Assembly (NCBI GenBank): GCA_010093605.1
Contig: MU004191.1
Location: forward strand, 914,816 to 978,815
DNA from: Lophium mytilinum
Lineage: Eukaryota
Reading direction: 5' to 3'
DNA: 64,000 bases
The stretch's first letter is position 1. Every line of letters begins with the position of its first letter. Shown here one piece after another: positions 14,029 to 26,900 of this stretch. A program made the position numbers and the translations under genes. A model generated the notes under the pieces. That model was not told the DNA's origin and made no database searches. It saw only the letters and a list, made by a program, of their open reading frames with translations.

Positions 14029-14909
14029 ATGGCTACGTCTTCGGTGCCTCCTTCTCCAGCGACGGTGTTCGTGATGCCACCACTGGTGCCATGTCCTCAC
14101 TCTACTGCGCTCCCTCCGATGTATGTACATATTGAGTACCTCAGCCTCATGTCAATAAAGCGCATGAATTGTGCTAATGTTACATCAGAACAGCCTACGA
14201 TGAGCTAGTCTCCGTCATTGTTGGACAACAGAAGAAAGTCTTCCGGATTCACAAGGGAGTGCTCTCTTACCACTCATCTTACTTTGCCGCTGCCTTGGAA
14301 GGACAATTCAAAGAAGGAAACACTGGAGTGGTGGAGCTCGAAGACGACGAAGTGGAAGTGTTTCACGCCTTCTATTGCTGGATATACACGAGACGCCTCC
14401 GGGACCCCCTATCTTCACCGCTGCACAAAGATGCTCTTCCTCAGAACTCGGCGGAAACTACACTATCGGACCTACTGCTCTGTAAAATCTACATCTTCGG
14501 AGACATGCGGGGGATTCCTGGACTTCAAAATAATGCTCTCGACGCACTCCACAAGAACATCTTGCTTTCCTGGAGGACACTTAGTGCGTCCATTGTGAAT
14601 TACGTCTACAGTAATACTGTCGAAAAGTCCCAGCTGCGTTGCTTCATCGTTCAACTTAACATCTCAGGGTATCACGATCTCTGCGAATTCGTCGAAAAAC
14701 GCCTCAAAAAGGATCGCAACAACTACCCAATGGACTTTGTCATCGACATATTACAGATTATTTCCACCAAGGACAAGAGCGGGGCATGGCCGAGAGTGAA
14801 GCACCTGCAAGAGACCTGGGCAAAGCTGGACAGATGTGAATTTCACGATCACTCTGGACCTGGAGGGGCTCTGAGGAAGGCGCCAGGAAACGGGCCGACC
14901 TCTGCATAG
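14029..14909 (+). CDS. BTB/POZ-domain protein, array copy C
   Basis: ATG 14029 in ccgccaccATGg context; phase-2 intron 14121-14188; LVSVIVGQQKKVFRIHKGVLSYHSSYFAAALEGQFKEG...WIYT. Confidence 0.9.
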
Positions 14910-15297
14910 ACAGATCAAGACTCGGAATCAAGACTGCCTTAGCAAAGGAACAGTCAAAATAATCAAAAGATGAAAGGTCTCCAGCCTGGCCTTGAAGTCA
15001 AGCTATCATGTTACCCTTATGCTCGTTTAAGACAATCGTTTAAGACCTTCCTTCATGGTGATGTTGTGAGATGTGACATTCGTGATTCAACTTAGAACCT
15101 TCGACTTTTCACTTCACCCAACAGGGCATTGACAGAGAGATGTAAGTACAGGGCTATGACATCGTGTCCATTCACATCACTTGACTGCTTACCTAATCGT
15201 CGCGTCGCGTTCTTTGCGACTTAACAACCTTCTCGCGCCCAACCTCACTCACAGCCAACAAATTCCTTTGCAAGTTGGAGCGGCCAACGCCAACACC

Positions 15298-16205
15298 ATG
15301 GCCACACCTGTGGTACCTGCTACGCCTCTGGTACCTACCACTCCGGCGTCGCCAGCGACGAAACCAACATTTGTTATGCCAGACCTCAAGCCATGCTCGC
15401 ATCCCATTCAAGGTCCCTGCATGTAAGTACCTCACTTTCGCCAACCGGCGGGCACCTCGTTCAGGAACAGTGCGCTGAACTTTTGCTGACGACTTGAATG
15501 TATAGCGATGCCTTCAACCACGAGATCTTGATCAAGGTCGGCAAGGAGGGCAAGGAAGTCAGAATCTACGAGGGGTTACTCACCTATCATTCCTCCTACT
15601 TCGCCGCCGCACTGAGCGGCTCATTCATTGAAGGCCAAACCAAAGTAATTGAGCTTAAGGAAGATGAGGTGGAAGTTTTCTCCGCGTTTCACTGCTGGAT
15701 CTACACTGGACGCCTGCACCCGTCTCGAGAATCACCACTCAGCAGAGATGCATACAAAGCCCCTACAAGTTCGGAAAGGAATGACCTGTATCTTCTCCTC
15801 GCCAAGATCTTTGTTTTCGGAGACATGAGAGGTATACCAGCGCTGAAGAACGAGGCAATTGATATACTCCACCAACTCTACACATGCACCTGGACGGATT
15901 TTCACTTGTCTGCTGTCAAATACATCTACAAGAACACCACGGCTACGTCTCAGCTACGCCAGTTTGTCGCTCATGCCAATGTCATAGGCCTTCGTGATCT
16001 CAAAAGCTTCCATGAGACAACAAGCACAGCCTGGCCGATCGCGTACGTCTTTGATGTACTACAACTCGTTGCGATGAAGGATAGGAGCGGGGCATGGCCA
16101 AAACTAACTGGCAATCGAATGCACTGGGCGAAACTTGATAGATGTCAGTTCCACGACCATTCTGGACCGGGAGGAGCGCTTAGGAAAACCCCAGCAATCG
16201 GATGA
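15298..16205 (+). CDS. BTB/POZ-domain protein, array copy D
   Basis: ATG 15298; phase-2 intron 15423-15505; ILIKVGKEGKEVRIYEGLLTYHSSYFAAALSGSFIEG...WIYTG. Confidence 0.9.
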
Positions 16206-17158
16206 ACTTCTACTTGAGCGTGTGCAGCAGTCTGTGCACATCCGTCCTCCACAACTCGGAGTTCCCCAACGTGTCTTCAACAATCAGGACAGGACGTAAG
16301 GCTTGATACACATGAATTTGGGCTTGGTTCCGAAGGTTTTTGGACTGCCGATTGCGCGACCGAGGCAACTCTGGATGACTGGACATGAGCTTAGGCCCAC
16401 TATCAAACTATCCTAATACCATTATACTTCTACCAGACCCTTTTTGATCGTGACGTTATGAGGATTGACATCCGTGCGTTGAGGTGCTCTGAGAAGGCGT
16501 TGATAGCTTCAGAGGAAGCTTAAGTGTAGTAGTCCTCGTTTCTTGCGCGCTAAGTTTGTTCTGTCGACACTTAGCTATGGAGTTTGAGTTTAGAGCCTCT
16601 AGCAGGAACGTAGGAGTAAAATGCAGGAGTCTTTGCGTCGTAGCTACTCCAGCACCAAACGAATACTATCTGTAGTTGGACTCACCACTACTCCGATGCT
16701 GCTAAAAGTGCTATCTCTAAGGCGGATTGCAGAGAGCATTGATCGATCGAATGTTTCAATTATAGCCCAAGACTCACCTTACCGTGGTTTGCGTGTGATC
16801 CGGATCTCTATTACTATTGACAAAGTGATAGCGGTGGTGAAGAGCGCAAAGACGATGGAGAGGTACTTACGACTCGCCCATTGTGATCACAATCTAATAA
16901 GAACACAGGCCAGCAGCTTGGTAGCCCTTCATGCTGTGATCGTTGGGATTAGCACGTGACTGAATCTGGGAGCATTTCACTTCTTCAGCTCACGTTAGGA
17001 TTAACTCTCGGCCCGCTCGCTATCAATCTGCCGCTTCAAACATCCGGCTCGGGCTTTCCACGGCAGAGCATCCTATTCACCTCCTTCAACTTCGCATACT
17101 GCTGCTCAAGCCCGACCACCAGCTGCGAAGACCCGGTCTACCGCTGGCGCGCGTCGCG

Positions 17159-18002
17159 ATGGCAGACGACGATTTCAAGATGCCGACTGACCTCAAGGAG
17201 TGTCCGCACAAGACTGAGTTCCCCCCGATGTAAGTCCTATGCAGCCCTTACACCGACGGCGAGTGGAGTTCGCTAACAAAGCCATTCATATAGGACTGCG
17301 TGGGACCACTATGTCTCAGTCAAGGTTGGCAAAGGCGAACAAAAGAAGGAGTTCAATGTCTACAGGGGACTTCTGACTTACTACTCGTCTTACTTTGCGG
17401 CTGCTCTCGACGGAAACTTCAAGGAGGGTGTCACTCAGGTCGTAGAGCTCAAAGAAGATGATCCAAAAGTCTTCGAGGCCTTCCGGAGTTGGATGTATAC
17501 CAGACGTCTATTGGACCAAGTCCCGAGCTTCGATGTGCTCAAATCAGCGGCACACGACCGGTTTCTATGCAATGTTTTCATTTTCGGTGACATGAGAGGC
17601 ATACCAGGCCTCAAGAATGAAGCTATCGATCAGCTTCACAGGTCAACGGCCGAAACCTGGATGGTGCCTTCAAACGACATCAAATACATCTATACGCACA
17701 CACCTGTGCCGTCCTCACTTCGAGACTTTGTTGTTAGTGTGCATGCTCTTACGAAGAATTCTGTTGAAGAGGCGGAATCCGGGAAACATGGTTTCACGGT
17801 AGATTTTTTGTTTGACCTGTTGAAGATGGTAAATACACAGCACGGAATAAAGAACATCGGAAGATTGCCATGGGCAAGATTGGACCGATGCCAATGGCAC
17901 GATCACTCGGGCCCGGGAGGCAAGCTACGGGCGATTTCTGCCAATGGTTCAAACAGCTTGACGGAACGAATACTTACTCCTCTCGCGCAGCTTCCATTGT
18001 AG
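17159..18002 (+). CDS. BTB/POZ-domain protein, array copy E
   Basis: ATG 17159; phase-2 intron 17230-17293; YVSVKVGKGEQKKEFNVYRGLLTYYSSYFAAALDGNFKEG...WMYT. Confidence 0.9.
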
Positions 18003-18712
18003 AGGTCGCGATGCCTTGCCATTAGACATGGCGGTCTGGGGACTGGACAAGGCAGGACAGGCTCTCGACTACGACGCCTACTCTAAAGTCACGGCAACCG
18101 AAAACGAACCAAGATCGTTGACACTTTGGCTGCAAAATGGTACTTGAAGCGAGATAGCGACTCTTTAATCTGCATCCGAGTCCAAAGGTGTCTAGGAGAC
18201 GGGAATATCGGCTGAATCTCTGAATTAGTGGCGCCCACAAACACTATAGGTAGCGTCGACAAACATAGAAAACACAAATGCAACCTAAGCTCACATCGTC
18301 GTCAGCACTGGCTGGTGATCATTACGTGATACAGAGGATGAGTTCAAAGGCCACGAGTCGTCTGACGATATCTGGTTATGTAACCATTTTTCGGCTGCTA
18401 AACCAATCATTGCCTACCGCCATCCCCTATGTTCATCCTCTCCATTTGAGACTTTCTCTTACAAAGGGTGCGGCCGAATGCATATTCCGATTCTAATCGC
18501 TGTAACGGCCGTGCACGGCAGAATCTCCACTAATAGGAACCACCTTTCTTCACCGCCTCCCCCTTATTTTAATCCGTGAGAATATAAATATTTACCTAAA
18601 TTTTAACTACTATAGCTTACTACTATGCTAGAGGCCGCTCTAAGGGGGCTAATAACACCCCTATTACTATAAAGGCTACTATTATTATAATATATCTCTT
18701 CTTTTAGGTTTC

Positions 18713-18916
18713 TGTCACGGGCAGTGAGGTACGGAGGTGTGTCGAGCGAGAAGTAGGATTGTATTACAAGACGTGCTGCAAGGAGCCGGAGTATGAGGCT
18801 GCTCGCGATTCTATCTAGAGACACGCCGGTGGCGGAACAACGATGTTCCTAGCGAGCACGTGACTATCAGGCACGTGCTAGGTTCGTAGCTAGGAAAGAG
18901 GCCTAGATCCGTCACA
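18713..18916. mobile_element. Solo LTR, 204 bp, essentially unRIPped
   Basis: TG...CA ends; imperfect terminal inverted repeat tgtcacgg / ccgtcaca; 5-bp TSD gtttc at 18708-18712 and 18917-18921; GC-balanced inside an AT-rich host. Confidence 0.9.
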
Positions 18917-19029
18917 GTTTCTTTTACCTAAATTAAGGCTAAAACTAGAGTTACTAAGTTAATAGCTATAAAGATCTATAGCTAAGTAAAGAAAAATGCT
19001 AGAAATAAGAATTTCTATAATATACTAGA

Positions 19030-19231
19030 TATAACGGATCTAGCTCTATATATATTATATACTCTTAGCTATATTATATAAGCCTATATACTAGCGCGGT
19101 TTTATACCTCTAGCCTATATTTAGCCTCCACCGCGTAGAACCTCTACCTTTATATAACTTTATCTTTATAAATACACCTTATTTCTAGCTTAATACTATA
19201 CTCTATACCTTACCTTTTATAGTCTATAATA
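19030..19231 (+). repeat. 5' LTR of gypsy element 1
   Basis: Direct repeat of 26699-26900 differing by transitions. Confidence 0.95.
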
Positions 19232-22200
19232 CTATAAAGTTACTCTACCTAGCTACTATTCTACTAAGTCCTTAAACTATAATCTACTACTAGTAAACTA
19301 TAATACTCTATAATTACCCCGCGCGGCTATTATAGCTAATAATTCTAACCCCCTTAATATAACTAGTATATAGAAGCTTTAAGATCTTCTCTTATAGTAT
19401 ACTATTCTTATATTCTTAGACTTCTAGGCCTTAACTTAGGACTTCTAGAATACTAATACCGCTAAGAAATTCTAGATAATTACTAGAAACTTGCAGCGCG
19501 CACGCAGCTATAATAATAATATCTAAGATAACCTTACTAAAGGCCTTACTAAAGGCGACGCTATTCTTAAAGATAATAAGCTTTAGAAACACCCTAATTA
19601 ATCTAATTCTAGTAGCTACGTCTACTACTCTAAAATGCCCGGCGCCTTTAAGACTTCTATTCTTAAAGTAAATAAGCTTATTAATTACTCCGCTATTAAT
19701 AAGTAAGATACTAATAAAGCTTCTATTATATATAAAGTTCTAGATGCTAAAGCCTTTATAGACTTTATTACTAAAAATAAGATAATAGCCTTTAAATTAA
19801 CCCGTTTATATAAAGCTAAAATCTATTAACTATATAACTACCTAGAGCGTAATAAGGCCTCTATAGAGGCTTAGGCTAAGCTTAATAAGTAAGCTTATAA
19901 TATAATTAAGTAATAAGATAATTACCTCTAGGCCGCAAAAGATAATATTAAGTAGCTAGAAAAGACTATTACTAATATAAAATTTAAATACTAGTCTAAC
20001 CTTTCTAACCTCTATAATAACTATAATAATGCTATTTAAAATAAAGATAATACTATCTATACTAGAAACTCTAAGAATAATATTATATATAAATATATAG
20101 CTAATATAGTAGTATTTACTATATAGATAGACACTATTAATACTATAGTAGTAAAGTATATTACTAAGCTTAAGACTTATAGTAAAGCTTTAGCTAAGTA
20201 TATTACTAAGCTAGAAGCCTATATTAAAAATATTAAGAAAGCTCTTACCGCTACTAAAGTCTATATTAATAGCCTCTAGAATACTACTATCTACAGCCCT
20301 ATAGCCCGCGCTAATAACCCTCCCTCTAAAATTACTACGCAACTTACTACTACTATAAGCTAGTAATATAAGCTTATAGCCTATATTATAGCTAAAGAAG
20401 GCGCTAAGCTAGAATATTACTCTTCTCTACCTAGCTAATATTACTTACGCGGCTATAATTACTAGTAATATAAACCCTTACTACTCTACCGCCCTAATAA
20501 GCCCCTCTATAGTTAATAGGACTATATACGCCCCACCGGGGGCAGCGGTAGACCCCTATCTAATTCTAGTAATAGTAATAATAATAATAAGAACTTCTAT
20601 AACTATAATTTAATTTACGCCCTATAATTATATATACTACCTATACCTTTTATAAAACCTAATAGCGCCCTACTACCCCTATATAATATTAACTGCGGAA
20701 TACGCGCTAATTAAAATAAGGATAAAACTATACTATACCCCTCTAAGTATAATAGAGATAAAGCTAAGTATATTACCTAGTATTACTAGGTTCTTAGTAA
20801 GTTTACTTATAGTAGCTATCTCTACTAATATAATAAAGGATTCCGCCTCTACTTTCTAGGTATATATCTTACTAGTATACCTCTTAGTAACTATATAGCG
20901 TAGATAATAGGCTATTAGCCCTTTTATACTCTTAATAATACTATTAAGCGCCTTAATATTAAGAACTTACTATATAACCCTAAAGCTATTATCTTCTAGT
21001 AACTTAACTAACTAATATAGAGTAATAATAACCTTAATATATTCTATATAAAGTACTAAGCGCTTATAGTATAACTACTAAATTAAGAATACTATTAGAA
21101 TATTACCGTGCTTAAGGTAAAGATCTGCCTAGGTATTACTAAGCCTGCAGGTGTTCTAGAAAAACATTATAAGAAGGGATATAAAGTTATTAATATATAT
21201 TATAACTAGCTTTTTAATTAGGCTATAGTAGACTATACCTAGCCACGCTAATAATATAGTAACTAGCCCGGATAGTATAACCCCTAGACTAATATTAATA
21301 GCTATTACGGAGGATACTATAGTAATAAGCCCTAGAACCCTTCTAACTAGACCCCGATAGATTAGTTTTAGGCTACTTAAAACTAGGTTACTTAGAATAG
21401 TTAGAACTAAAGCTACTAGAATAACTATAGCTAAGAATAAACCTAGAATATAATAAACGCGTCTAGCTAGAATTACTAGATATCTATACTATAGACATGT
21501 AAAGTTATAAACTTTCCTATTAATATTTCTACTAACTAGCAGCGCCTAGCCCTAGGCTGTCTTATAGATAACTAAAAGTATTAACTTATAAGTAAGAATT
21601 ACTACTTCTACTACTAACTTATTAGTTATATATCTACTAACTAGTAGTACCTTATAGAGCGCTCTACGCTCGCCCTATATAGTATTAGCATGTATTCTAA
21701 TAATATTATAACCCTAGCCCCGTCTATATACGCTCTATCTATATACGCGCCTCTATTTATATATACTCTATCTATATATATAGCCTCTACTATATTTACT
21801 CTAGCTTCTATTAAAGTAGGTATTAATACTTCTATCTTATCTAGAGGCGCGGGAGGACTATTTATAGAATACGGCTAATCTTAATACTAGAGCTACTTAG
21901 GAAATGCTTAGTTCTAGATTATAGTTATAATCTAGGGCGTATTATTACTAAAGCAGTCTAATACTATAAAAATAAGAAATCTATAAAGTTATAGTTAAAA
22001 AGGTTAGTTATTTTAGCTGCCTCTCTTAGTAATAATATTTAAGTAGGTTAAACTAATAAAAAGACCCTCTATAGCTTTCTAGTTCTAGCTAAAGTCTAGC
22101 GTTTCTATAAAGAATAACTACTAGATATAATTAAAGAATACCTTTATAGTAATACTAGAGTAACTAATAAATTTATAGATACTACTTATGCGCACTAAAT

Positions 22201-25200
22201 AAACTTTTCTATCTACCCCTTACTAAAATTATAAATACTTAAATTAGCTAATAGCTCTACTATTACTAAAAAGATTACTTATAAAGCTCTTATCTCTATT
22301 ACTATTTAAGGCTACTAGAGCTATAAATAGGCTTATATTACTAACCTTAGTAATTATAATATTATTCTAGGCCTCCGCTAGTTCTAATATTATAACCCAG
22401 CTATTAACTAGGTTATAGGCAAGATTAGCTTTATAAAAGATAAATATAATAGAATCTTCTATATATATTAATATTACTATATAGATAATACTAATAGTAC
22501 TATTACTTATACTAAAGGATTAGCTCTACTAGACTTTATATATAACTATAAATATATACTATCTAACTCTATAAACTCCGCGTAGAGAATAAGTATTATA
22601 GCTTACCTTACTATATACCGCATAGCCGCTATTAAAGAAGACTAGCTTAATAACTTACCTTAATACGTTACTACTAACCTTACTAATACTAGTAAGAACT
22701 TCCTACTCTATTCTAACTACCTCTAGGTTATAGCTATATAAATAAGTAATATACCTATCTACCTCTATAAACTAGCTATGCGCGATATTAAGAAGTTTAT
22801 AGAAGTTAAGTAATACTATACTAAGAAAGAGATATTTATAAAGCTTTTCTCTAGCCTATATAAATATATCTATATATTTAACTAAGTTAATACTAATATA
22901 CTCCCTCTATATAGACTAGGTATTAACTATAAGATTAACTAGGTTAATAGTATTAACCTTAGTAAGCTATTTAAAGCCCGTCTATATTCTATATCTACTA
23001 ATAAGCTCTAAGTTATTAAGAAATAGCTTAATAATAATCTAGCTAAGGGCTATATTAGATAATCGCAATTATAAGTCTCTTTACCTATTCTTCTTATACG
23101 CAAGCTAGGGGGCGGTATTTAGTTCTACATTAACTATAGAGCTATTAACGCTCTTACTATTAAAACTTATTATTCTATACCCCTTATATAAGAGACACTT
23201 TACTATCTTAGAAAAGCTAAGTAGTTTACTAAGCTTAATATTATCGCCGCTTTTAATAAAGTCTATATAGCCCTAGGCTATAAATATAAAATAGCTTTTA
23301 TAACCTGCTATAGTAAATACAAGTCCCTTATTATACCCTTTAGTATTATAGAAGGGCTAGAAACCTTCTAGTCCTTTATTAATTAAATACTATATAACTT
23401 CCTTAATATATTCTATATAGCGTACCTTAATAATATTCTTATCTATACTAGAGGCTCTAAAGCTAACTATAAAGCTTACGTTATAGCTATTCTTAAATAA
23501 CTAGAGGTAGTAGGCTTATATATTAACTTATCTAAGTGCGCGTTTAATTAAAAAGAAGTTACTTACTTAGAACTAATAATTTTAACTAACAGAATCCGCA
23601 TAGATCTAGAGAAAGTTACCGCCATTCTAGAATAGAATACTTTAACCTGTATTAAGGACGTCTAAGCCTTTATTAGACTATCTAATTTCTACTAGTAATT
23701 TATCTACGGGTTTTTATATATTATTAAACCTCTTACTAATATAATAAAGCTCTAAGAGAAATAAAAGAAAGCCTACTTCTTATAGATAGAGGCCTATAAA
23801 AAGGCCTTCCGCGCGCTTAAGAAAGTATTTATAGAAGCACCCGTTCTTATGCACTTCTAATATAGTAAGAAGGTCTTTCTTAAAATAGACGCTTCTAACT
23901 ATATAATAGCCGGCGTTATATTCTAAATTAGACCTAATAGCCTTCTATACCTAGTTGCCTTTTTCTCCTTTAAGATATTACTAGCTAAGTGCAATTATAA
24001 GATCTATAATAAGGAACTTCTTATAGTAGTTAAGGCCTTTAAAGAATAGAGACCTAAGCTTATAAGCGCTAACTCTAAAGATCTAACTAACGTTCTTATA
24101 AATTACTATAATCTTAAATAGTTTATAACTACTAAGAAGCTTAATTAATATTAAGTCTATTAGGCTAAATTTCTTACTAGGTTTAACTTTAAGATTATAT
24201 ACCGCCCTAGTATACTAGAGGGTAAACCTAATAGCCTTACGCAGTATTTATAAGACCTACCTTATAGACCTAATAATCTATAGAATTAATTTTAACATTA
24301 AACTATACTTAAATCTTATAACCTTAGACTAGAAGTTATACTAAATAGTAAATTACCCTTACTCTTACTAAATAACGCTAAGTTAAGTAAGCCTAGCTTT
24401 CTTAGGCCGTTCTACGCACTTTACCTATATACTAAGCTACTTAAGCCTCTTCTAATAAACTTACTATAATCCTCTCTTAAAATATATTCTCTTTTTCTCT
24501 TACCTCTTTAACTCGCCCCTGCCAGGCTCCGCAGCTATAACTATGCTAGTAATAATAGTAATAGTAATAGAAGCACTAATAAGAACTTTACAGCGCTACC
24601 TAGTAATACTAATAAGATTTTTACAGCTCTATTAGCTAATAAGGATATTATAGCCGCTAATAAGGTTATTATAGTATAGCTAGATTAAGGTAATAACAGC
24701 GCTAATAGTAATATTAACTATAATAATAATAACCTATAATACCTTATTAATAAAGCCTATATACGCCCGCCCTACTTTAAATCTCTATATAATTCTACCC
24801 TATATAAGCTTATTAATCTTATTTAAAGCAGCGCCTATTCTATTCTAAAGCCCTTTATAACCTTATTAGTAACCTTAATATTAATAGTTTTAAAGTATAA
24901 GATAACTAATTATACTATTATAATTACCTATACGTGCCGGCCTATAATTAGCTCTATACTAAGCTGCTTAGCCTATTTTATAATATATCTATTACTAGCT
25001 ATTCTAGTAAATATAGATTCTATAAGCTACTTTAATATTACTATTTCTAGCCTAACTTCTATAAAGATATTAAGCGCTATACAGGCGCCTATTATAGCTG
25101 CCGCTAAGTAAAAGCCTTTTAAGATAAGTAGTAAGGACTACTCTATAGCCTTAATATACTAGATAAGTAATAGACTAAAATTACTATAGATTTTATTATA

Positions 25201-26698
25201 GACCTTTCTCTCTATATAAGAAATAGATAGATATATATACTTATTCTTATTATAGTTAATAGACTATCTAAAGAACGCTACTATATTTCTATAATAGGGG
25301 ATATAGTTAAGAATATTACTAATACCTTTATCTGCGAAATATTTTAATTACATAGCCTACCTAAGATTATTATTAGTAACCGCGGTGTATAATTTATATC
25401 TATAGTATAGCGCCGCCTATATAAACGCCTTGGCATTAAATCTAAGTTTTCTACTACTTTCTATTCTAAAACTAATAGCTAGACTAAGAACGCTAACTCT
25501 ATTATAAAGGCCTACCTGCGCTAGTTTATCTTATACTAATAGAATAACTAGGTTAATTATCTCCCTCTTAGTAAATTTATAGTTAATAACTATAAATTAG
25601 CCTTAATAGGTTTTACGCCCTTCTTTACTACTTGCGGTTTCCACCTATAGTTAGGTATTAAACTAGCTATACTAGTTACTAGTTACGCTGCTACACATAA
25701 TAAATAACTACTTACTAATTAATACGCTAACTAAATAAAGGATATACTTAAGGAATATTATAACACTATTACCTAGGCTATAGTAGTATAAGCCTACTTT
25801 ACTAATTAATATTACTAACCGCTACTACGTCTTAAGGTAGATAACCTAGTCTAGCTTAACGCGCGTAATATTAAGACCTAACACTCTAATTATTTACTTA
25901 ACTATAAGAATCTTAGTCTATTCTATATTACTAAAGTTATTAATTAGAGTTACACCTTCTAGCTTAACTTTACTAGAATATTACTTAAGAGATATTGCAT
26001 GCATAACGTCTTCTATTCTTATCTACTTTATCTATTTAAGCCCTATTCTATACTAGAATAGAACCTACCTCCGCCTCTACCCGTATAAGTTATTAACCCT
26101 TATAGTATAACTAATAATAAGTAAGATTACATTAATATATAGCTAATTAACTTTATTATAGATAGCTACTAGCTATAACGGGGCCGCTATAGCTATAAAC
26201 TATAATACCGCGCCTAGTATAAAGGTTATACTAAGCTATAGATATAGTAGAACTAGATAAACTTTAGTAAATATAGAGCTAATAAGCTTATTAGTAAATT
26301 CTACTACTATTACCCTAACGCCGACGGCCCTTATCTAGATTTTAGGCCTAACCCTAATTAGTAATAGGTTCTTAATAAGCGCGCACTTATAATCTACAAC
26401 GCGCGTATTTATTAACTCTAATTATATACCTTGCGCAGTAATATTATAATATTATTTATAACCCTAAGACCCGGATTCTCCGCCGCATCTAGCTAGCCGA
26501 GCTATCTTAATAGGAACGCCTACCTTTATAATACTATAAGCACGCCTCTTTCTTATATAGTTCTTATTTAATTACTTATAACTATATTTCCTTAGTATTT
26601 TATTTTATTTTTCTAAGTTAATAGCCTTACTATATAGCCTTTTCTTTATATATAGCCTTTTCTTTCTATAGCCTTTCTTCTTTATTTAGGGGGGGTAG

Positions 26699-26900
26699 TA
26701 TAATAGATCTAGCTCTATATATATTACATGCTCTTAGCTATATTATATAAGCCCGTGCGCTAGCGCAGTTTTATACCTCTAGCCTGTATTTAGCCTCCGC
26801 CGCGTAGAATCTCTACCTCTATACAACTTTATCTTTATAAATACACTCTATTCCTAGCTTAATACTATACTTTATACCTTGCCTCTTATAGTCTATAACA
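26699..26900 (+). repeat. 3' LTR of gypsy element 1
   Basis: Direct repeat of 19030-19231; ends aaca, followed by TSD ctaga. Confidence 0.95.

Larger units (their letters stand above)
19030..26900 (+). mobile_element. Ty3/gypsy (probable chromovirus) LTR retrotransposon 1, full length, RIP-inactivated
   Basis: 202-bp LTRs at 19030-19231 and 26699-26900; TSD ctaga; G-run PPT just before the 3' LTR; RT AYL[DD]ILIY about 23420; RNase H [T]DAS about 23885 and NY[E]IY[D]KELL about 23995; integrase S[D]RGV[Q]F about 25375; order RT-RH-IN. Confidence 0.95.

Noticed and set aside
16210..17150. Possible sixth BTB copy or separate gene (ORFs 16621-16959 and 16956-17276)
   Set aside because: No BTB or HDHSGPGG remnants; non-coding-like; the real exon 1 of copy E starts at 17159 in another frame
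21690..21878. 62-aa ORF
   Set aside because: Chance open frame within RIPped gypsy element 1
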